Shown piece by piece: positions 47,901 through 52,703 of a stretch of DNA of 52,703 bases. Source of the stretch: a virus (lineage: Duplodnaviria; Caudoviricetes); IMG/VR virus record IMGVR_UViG_3300031857_000265, positions 1 to 52,703 of that record, one strand, 5' to 3'. The notes beneath the pieces are model-generated. The model saw nothing but the letters and a program-made list of their open reading frames with translations. It did no database searches and had not been told where the DNA came from. Made by a program: the position numbers and the translations under genes. Each line of letters begins with the position of its first letter. The first letter of the stretch is position 1.

Positions 47901-49470
47901 TGGCCCGCAGGGTTCGGTTGGCCCGCAGGGCGATGTCGGCCCACAAGGCGCGACTGGTCCACAAGGCGCGACAGGGCCGCAGGGCGCGACGGGGCCACAG
48001 GGGGATGTCGGCGCACAGGGTGCCACCGGTGCGCAGGGCGCGACGGGACCGCAGGGGGCAACGGGGGCGCAGGGGGCAACGGGGGCGCAGGGACCGCAGG
48101 GGACGACAGGCCCCCAGGGGGACACCGGCCCCCAGGGCGCGACGGGTGCGACGGGAGCCCAGGGGTCGCAGGGACCCTCCGGGCCACAGGGTGCGACGGG
48201 CCCGCAAGGACCGCAGGGCGCAACGGGGCCCCAAGGCGCCACGGGCGCACAAGGCGCACAAGGCGCACAAGGCGGCACCGGGCCACAGGGCGCGACCGGG
48301 CCACAGGGTGCGACGGGTCCCCAGGGCGCGACCGGCGCCCAGGGCGCGACTGGCCCCCAGGGCGCAACCGGCGCAACGGGTTCGCAGGGTCCGCAGGGTT
48401 CCCAGGGCGCAACCGGGGCGACGGGCTCGCAGGGTCCGCAGGGCGCACAGGGGCCAAGCGGCCCGACGGGGACCCTCGACGCCCTGTCCGACGTGACGGC
48501 CCCGTCGCCATCGCCGACGGACTTCCTGATGTGGAACGGAACCGCATGGGTGAACGAGGCGATCAGCCTCGGCACGGACACCACCGGCAACTATGTATCC
48601 GGCGTCTCCGCCGGGACCGGCATCAGCGTCTCGCACACCCCCGCCGAGGGTTCCACGGCGACCGTCTCGGTTGACACCACCTACTCCGGCTTCGCCCCCG
48701 TCGGTGCGATGCTGCCGTGGGCCGGTGGCGCCAACACGACGGCCACGTACACGAACTCGGACGTGCCGTCGGGGTGGTTGTTGTGCGACGGCCAGGCCGT
48801 TTCCAGGACAGGCACCTACGCCGCCCTGTTCGCCGTCATCGGGATCCGCTACGGGCAGGGCGATGGCAGCACGACGTTCAACCTGCCGAACCTCATGGGG
48901 CAGATCCCCGTCGGCAGCAAGACCGCGAACGCGGCGACGAACAACGTTCGCGTCACCTCGGTCTCCATCTCCACGGCGAACAGCACGGCGAACCACGCCC
49001 ACTCGATGAACGCATCGAGCATAACGAACGCAAACGCCGTGGCCGACCACGCCCACAGCATGAACGCCTCGAACGTGACCATCACGGCAGACCAGGGCGG
49101 GCACACCCACTACACGGCCGGCAACATCACGATTGTCGCCGCCAACGACGACCACGTGCACCCGTACTTCAAGCCCAACTCCGGCGTGAACGGATACAAC
49201 ACCGGTACTGCCACCGTCTTCAGCCACACGCACAACTCGGGCTGGAACTCGTTGAACGCACAGGGCGGCAACGTGACCGCCCTCTCGTCGACGCACAACC
49301 ACTTAGCGTCGGTCTCCGTCGGTACGCCGGTGGCGACCTCGGGCAACGCGACGCTACACTCGCACACGAACACGATAAGCATCGGTACGCCGGTGGCGAC
49401 GTCCGGGAACGACACCGCCCACTCACACACCACGGCGGGACAGAACGTCGTGTGGATTATCAGGTTCTGA
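44941..49470 (+). CDS. Collagen-like tail fibre with tail-collar domain and HxH metal-binding tip
   Basis: Two Gly-X-Y blocks; [44 protein letters not shown] (collar); eight HxH motifs; ends VVWIIRF. Confidence 0.9.
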   Translation: MSVKHLSLINASGLSVHGVEIDPYGATTGQILRYNGTKFVPAQSIDGVVITSAHDGQILIYNGTNWVNGSYPTNEPTGHEDATQSTLDFDTGTRIFTIAPASTSHAVWCNGKRYVKTTAETVTLPNQSDLYFVYYNSSGSLAYSTTFFDLQTQAPVAYIYWNSTDGADHFFADERHGITMDWATHEYLHRTRGAAIAGGFGVNNYTTTGNGSLDAHAKIDIANGVFFDEDKKIEITHSASPVYHSFQQVLQGGAEIPIFYRTNSHYRRDAATKFPMKQGTARVTYNNYSGGLWSTPDIDNNKFGVTFVVATNDVHAPVIGMLGQAQYTDQGSAEAARWEDMVLDDFPVYEFRPLYKIVYQTANAYANTPHARITAVVDMRVALTPGGSVPATPVTDHGSMTGLSDDDHTQYLTDARHDALDHSTALGSAVLDDLGDVSVPSPSSMDVLQWNGTAWVGSQVVGPQGAQGTQGPQGPQGDTGAQGAQGAVGAQGTTGPQGAQGGAGPQGAQGPEGSAGTQGPQGSQGATGSEGAQGPTGPQGPQGDVGPQGVQGAQGPTGPQGSVGPQGSQGATGPQGEQGAQGVPGPQGEPGPQGAQGATGSTGPQGPQGSEGPQGPQGDIGVQGPQGPQGDTGAQGPQGAQGAQGATGPQGVEGPQGAEGAQGPSGPQGGAGPQGPQGDVGPQGPHGSTGAQGATGSQGAEGPQGAVGPQGATGPQGPQGSTGPQGSVGPQGEVGPQGATGPQGSVGPQGDTGPQGSTGPQGATGAQGPQGAAGQSSSFYKYKVTTGSTSGNPGTSYISYNNSSQTSATQLQVNHIDLDGYDIDLFLGVISTGDVVYIQDAGNSNNYQKFIATGTVTDHGNSWVDIPVSHDSSGGSGLSGFANDLGVLLVIANIGPQGPQGAAGSNGAQGATGAQGATGAQGPQGATGDTGPQGAVGPQGAVGPQGSQGGDGAQGSTGPQGATGPQGAEGPQGATGSQGAEGPQGDTGPQGSVGPQGDVGPQGATGPQGATGPQGATGPQGDVGAQGATGAQGATGPQGATGAQGATGAQGPQGTTGPQGDTGPQGATGATGAQGSQGPSGPQGATGPQGPQGATGPQGATGAQGAQGAQGGTGPQGATGPQGATGPQGATGAQGATGPQGATGATGSQGPQGSQGATGATGSQGPQGAQGPSGPTGTLDALSDVTAPSPSPTDFLMWNGTAWVNEAISLGTDTTGNYVSGVSAGTGISVSHTPAEGSTATVSVDTTYSGFAPVGAMLPWAGGANTTATYTNSDVPSGWLLCDGQAVSRTGTYAALFAVIGIRYGQGDGSTTFNLPNLMGQIPVGSKTANAATNNVRVTSVSISTANSTANHAHSMNASSITNANAVADHAHSMNASNVTITADQGGHTHYTAGNITIVAANDDHVHPYFKPNSGVNGYNTGTATVFSHTHNSGWNSLNAQGGNVTALSSTHNHLASVSVGTPVATSGNATLHSHTNTISIGTPVATSGNDTAHSHTTAGQNVVWIIRF
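46324..47268 (+). repeat. Collagen-like Gly-X-Y block 1 (~105 triplets)
   Basis: GPQ/GAQ/GAT-dominated 9-nt periodicity. Confidence 0.95.
47623..48477 (+). repeat. Collagen-like Gly-X-Y block 2 (~95 triplets)
   Basis: GPQGAT-dominated repeats. Confidence 0.95.
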
Positions 49471-49483
49471 CCAGGAGGGTTGG

Positions 49484-50185
49484 ATGAGGATCCAGGACGC
49501 ACCGAGGACCGACGGCATGGCCCCATTGCCCGGTTACTTCTACAAGAAACCAGGAGTCTCCGACCACTACGGGCTCTTCTCCTTCACGAGGATCATCAAC
49601 CCGTCGGAGGAGGACTTCTCGGAGGTCGCCAGCGAACAGAGGTGCGACACGATGTCGACCGTCGGCCCGACGGGGTTCCACCGGTGGGACGACGGGCGGG
49701 GCACGTGTTCGTGCGGGTCGGCGGACAGGCCGTACAGGTTGACGGGCCACCACCACATCACATTCCCCGAGTTGAAGGTGCTCGCCCCCGTAATCGACGT
49801 TCGCCCGTACACGATCATCATGTACATGGAGCTGAAGAACCCCGCCGACGAGGTCGCCAGCATCGAGGGGCTGCACACGGAGCATTGCCGCACCCTCCAA
49901 GAACTGTTCAGGCTCATGTACGAGTGGAAGTACGCCCACGACATACTCGGCAGCAGGGAGGAGATGGCGAAGGTCTGCGCGGGGGCGATCAACATGCTCG
50001 ACATACCTGCGGAGGTCCAGCGGTGGATCACCGAGGAGATGCCTCCCGAGAAGGTCGGGCGCTACCTAGCCGGCTCGACGGAGGCGAGGACAAGAAACGA
50101 AGACATCCCGGACATCCCTGATCTGTTCGGCGAATGGTTGTACGGCAAGATCAGCACGACAAGGGGTATTGGGACCTATGGATAA
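49484..50185 (+). CDS. Hypothetical protein (possible fibre chaperone)
   Basis: 233 aa, SD AGGAGG; immediately after the fibre gene. Confidence 0.7.
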   Translation: MRIQDAPRTDGMAPLPGYFYKKPGVSDHYGLFSFTRIINPSEEDFSEVASEQRCDTMSTVGPTGFHRWDDGRGTCSCGSADRPYRLTGHHHITFPELKVLAPVIDVRPYTIIMYMELKNPADEVASIEGLHTEHCRTLQELFRLMYEWKYAHDILGSREEMAKVCAGAINMLDIPAEVQRWITEEMPPEKVGRYLAGSTEARTRNEDIPDIPDLFGEWLYGKISTTRGIGTYG

Positions 50186-50891
50186 TGTCGGGTTCAGGTG
50201 GCTCGGCGGGCCGCAAACGGGGATTCTCGTCATTGACGGCCTCGTCGGGGAGGAGACCGTGGGCAGGCTGCTCGAGAAGATCGCACCGATCTACGCCACG
50301 ACGGCGAAACAGGGCAGGACGCTGGGCGGTCTCGACACGGCGACGAAGTACAGCATGGATCTCGGCCTGAGCGAGCACAACGCCGCCGAGAGCGGCTACG
50401 AATGGGACGAGGAGTACGCCGACATAGAGCAGTCGTTGACCCTCTCGCTCACCATCGCGGTCAACTACTACAAGTCCAAGGTCAGGTCGTTGTACTCGTG
50501 GAACGACATCGAGGACACGGGGTTCAACATCCAGATGTACCCCGCCTACTTTGGCAGGTACGTCGAACACGTTGACTCGTCGCCGGCGGACACGAGGTCG
50601 ATCTCGAGGGTCCTCGCGGCCCTCTTCTACCTGAACGACGTGGACCTGGGCGGGGAGACGTCTTTCCCGGATCACGGGCTTGAGGTGAAGCCGAGGGCCG
50701 GCAGGCTGGTCCTCTTCCCCGCCCTCTGGACGCACACCCACAAGGCGGAAGTACCGCTCTCGGGGGACAAGTGGATCATCAACACCTTCCTCGTCTCCGG
50801 CACGGCCATGAACATGGTGAGGCACTACGAGGCACGGGACGAACGACACCACCACCACGATCACGAGGCGCATCACGACCACCAGCACTAA
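50178..50891 (+). CDS. 2OG-Fe(II) oxygenase, prolyl-4-hydroxylase-like
   Basis: HVD, RVLAALFYLNDVDLGGETSF, VKPRAGRLVLFP, HTH, KWII; C-terminal His-rich tail. Confidence 0.88.
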   Translation: MDNVGFRWLGGPQTGILVIDGLVGEETVGRLLEKIAPIYATTAKQGRTLGGLDTATKYSMDLGLSEHNAAESGYEWDEEYADIEQSLTLSLTIAVNYYKSKVRSLYSWNDIEDTGFNIQMYPAYFGRYVEHVDSSPADTRSISRVLAALFYLNDVDLGGETSFPDHGLEVKPRAGRLVLFPALWTHTHKAEVPLSGDKWIINTFLVSGTAMNMVRHYEARDERHHHHDHEAHHDHQH

Positions 50892-50919
50892 CAAGAGGTG
50901 GTCTTTGTAGGATGTGCCG

Positions 50920-51732
50920 ATGATCTCAGTATGTACCCCTATCCACAACACCGACCCGGACATCCTCGCCAGAACATGGGCGAGCCTCAAGGCCCAAACA
51001 TTCACCGACTGGGAGTGGGTTGTTTGGGACGACAGCACCAACGGCGACGCGTGGAGACAGGTCTACGGCTTCTCGTCAGACGAGAGGTACAACATCGTCG
51101 CCCACCGCTCCCACGTCCACTGCGGGTCCATCGGGAGGGTGAAGCGCAGGGCGTTCATGGTGGCCGAGGGCTCAATCCTCGTCGAGCTTGACCACGACGA
51201 CGAACTCACCCCCGACTGCCTGCAGGCCGTCCACGATGCGTTCCTCGACCCCGTCGTCGGGTTCGTCTACTCGGACTGGTGCGAGATACTGCCGGACGGG
51301 CAGTCGGGGAAGTACCCGCCCGGCTGGGCGTTCGGGCACGGCTCGGAGTACTGGTCGGAGGAACACGGGGTCTGGGTCATGTCAGCCCCCGAGATCAACC
51401 CGCAGACCATCAGGCACATCGTGTCCGCCCCCAACCACGTGAGGGCATGGAGGTCGTCCGTGTACGACGCCCTCGGCGGCCACGACCCGTCGCTCCCCGT
51501 GGCCGACGACTACGAACTTGTCGTCAGGACATTCCTGGCCACGAGGTTCTCCCACATCCCGAGGATGCTCTACAGGCAGCACATCGGCCCGTCTACCGCC
51601 CAGAGGGTCAGGAACGACCAGATACAGGTCCTCGTGGCCGACATCGCAGGCAGGTACGACGCGGCGATCACGGAGAGGTTCGCCCAAATCGAGGCGGGTT
51701 CGCCGACGCATCTCGTCAACGATACACGATGA
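50920..51732 (+). CDS. Glycosyltransferase family 2
   Basis: ISVCTPIHN, WEWVVWDDS, ELDHDDEL (DxD), ADDYELVVR. Confidence 0.9.
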   Translation: MISVCTPIHNTDPDILARTWASLKAQTFTDWEWVVWDDSTNGDAWRQVYGFSSDERYNIVAHRSHVHCGSIGRVKRRAFMVAEGSILVELDHDDELTPDCLQAVHDAFLDPVVGFVYSDWCEILPDGQSGKYPPGWAFGHGSEYWSEEHGVWVMSAPEINPQTIRHIVSAPNHVRAWRSSVYDALGGHDPSLPVADDYELVVRTFLATRFSHIPRMLYRQHIGPSTAQRVRNDQIQVLVADIAGRYDAAITERFAQIEAGSPTHLVNDTR

Positions 51733-51804
51733 CATTGTTGGTCTAGCCTTGTCACAAGGAACGCCCGAGGATAGGGCGTTTGCGGACTACGGAGACGGAA
51801 GAAC

Positions 51805-52703
51805 ATGGCAAAGTTCCTGACGAGCATCGACCTGCAGAAGAACCAGCTCGTCCGGGCGCGGATCGAGAACCTGTCCGACGACCCGCTCAACCCAGTCGCC
51901 GGACAGGTCTACTTCAACACCGGCTCGCACAGGTTGCGCTACTACTCGGGAACGGCGTGGATCGAGATCGACGCAGCCGTCGAGTCGATCTCGGCGGATT
52001 CGCCCCTGAGCACCAGCGTCAACGGCACGACCGTCACCATCTCCATCGCCGAGGCCGACTCGACACACGACGGCTTCATGACGATGGAGTACGCCGCCAT
52101 GCTGACCGACGCCACCAATGCGGCGACCGGCGGCAAGCTCGTCAAGAGGGATTCCAACGGGGACTTCTCCGCAAACATGATCACCGCCGACCTCACGGGC
52201 GACGTGACGGGAACCGTATCCTCCCTGTCGAACCACGACACGGATGCCCTCGCCGAGGGGACGACGAACCTCTACTACCTCGACACCCGGGTCCAGGCCA
52301 ACAGGCTGGACCAGATGGCCGCGCCGACCAGCAGCGTTTCCCTCAACTCGCAGAAGATCACCAGCCTCGCCGACCCGACCAGCGCCCAAGACGCCGCCAC
52401 CAAGGCCTACGTCGACGCCGCGAGGATGGGCCTGGACTTCAAGGAGTCCGTGCGCCTCGCCACCACGGCCACCGACGGCAACCTCGACCTGAACGGTGCG
52501 GAGACGATCGACGGCAAGGCGACATCGCCGAACAACCGAGTCCTCGTCAAGAACCAAACCAACGCCGCCGAGAACGGCATCTACGTCGTCAAGGCGGGGG
52601 CGTGGCAGAGGGCGGCCGACGCCAATGGCACGGCGGACACGGGCGAGGTCACCTCGGGCATGTTCGTCTTCGTCGAGGACGGCAACACCCAAGCCGATTC
52701 CGC
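51805..52703 (+). CDS. Virion structural / fibre protein (partial, runs off window)
   Basis: MAKFLTSIDLQKNQL...GQVYFNT..., QKITSLADPTSAQDAATKAYVD, KESVRLAT, RVLVKNQTNAAENGIY; open to the window end. Confidence 0.8.
   Translation, partial: MAKFLTSIDLQKNQLVRARIENLSDDPLNPVAGQVYFNTGSHRLRYYSGTAWIEIDAAVESISADSPLSTSVNGTTVTISIAEADSTHDGFMTMEYAAMLTDATNAATGGKLVKRDSNGDFSANMITADLTGDVTGTVSSLSNHDTDALAEGTTNLYYLDTRVQANRLDQMAAPTSSVSLNSQKITSLADPTSAQDAATKAYVDAARMGLDFKESVRLATTATDGNLDLNGAETIDGKATSPNNRVLVKNQTNAAENGIYVVKAGAWQRAADANGTADTGEVTSGMFVFVEDGNTQADS

Noticed and set aside
46175-49302. Cys/Pro-rich (PCGP) antisense and off-frame ORFs; repeats as a CRISPR array
   Set aside because: Artefacts of the 9-nt collagen periodicity; no unique spacers.
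48985-49470. Duplications at the fibre tip as DGR template/variable repeats
   Set aside because: Short in-frame structural repeats; no reverse transcriptase in the window and no adenine-specific mismatch pattern.
1-52703. tRNA/rRNA genes, integrase, transposase, stop-codon reassignment
   Set aside because: None recognised; genes are intact and tightly packed under the standard code. Small RNAs could be missed without covariance-model searches.

Overview
A GC-rich segment of a large tailed phage with a contractile tail (myovirus morphology). The host is probably actinobacterial, inferred from TAnnnT promoters with leaderless starts and an actinophage-type RuvC. Head genes (HK97-fold major capsid protein, portal-MuF fusion, terminase large subunit) are scattered on both strands among DNA-metabolism genes: class II RNR, Rad52/Sak-like annealase, RecB/Cas4-like nuclease, HNH, RuvC, and ParB / PAPS-reductase-like / ParB. 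A contiguous neck-sheath-tube-chaperone-tape measure-baseplate-fibre module follows. The most unusual element is a C5-cytosine methyltransferase built from about five polypeptides at 7959-11443. It comprises a catalytic N-terminal part, an alternative-frame nested subunit, two stand-alone genes made only of target-recognition-like modules, and a C-terminal part with motifs IX-X; about 20 'TL'-type modules are spread across them. Other candidates are a multi-domain zeta-kinase protein directly upstream of the capsid gene, a collagen-like fibre followed by a prolyl-hydroxylase-like oxygenase and a GT2 glycosyltransferase, and about eight leaderless internal promoters. All product calls come from motif recognition by eye; no database search was run. 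No tRNA, rRNA, CRISPR array, integrase or transposase was recognised.
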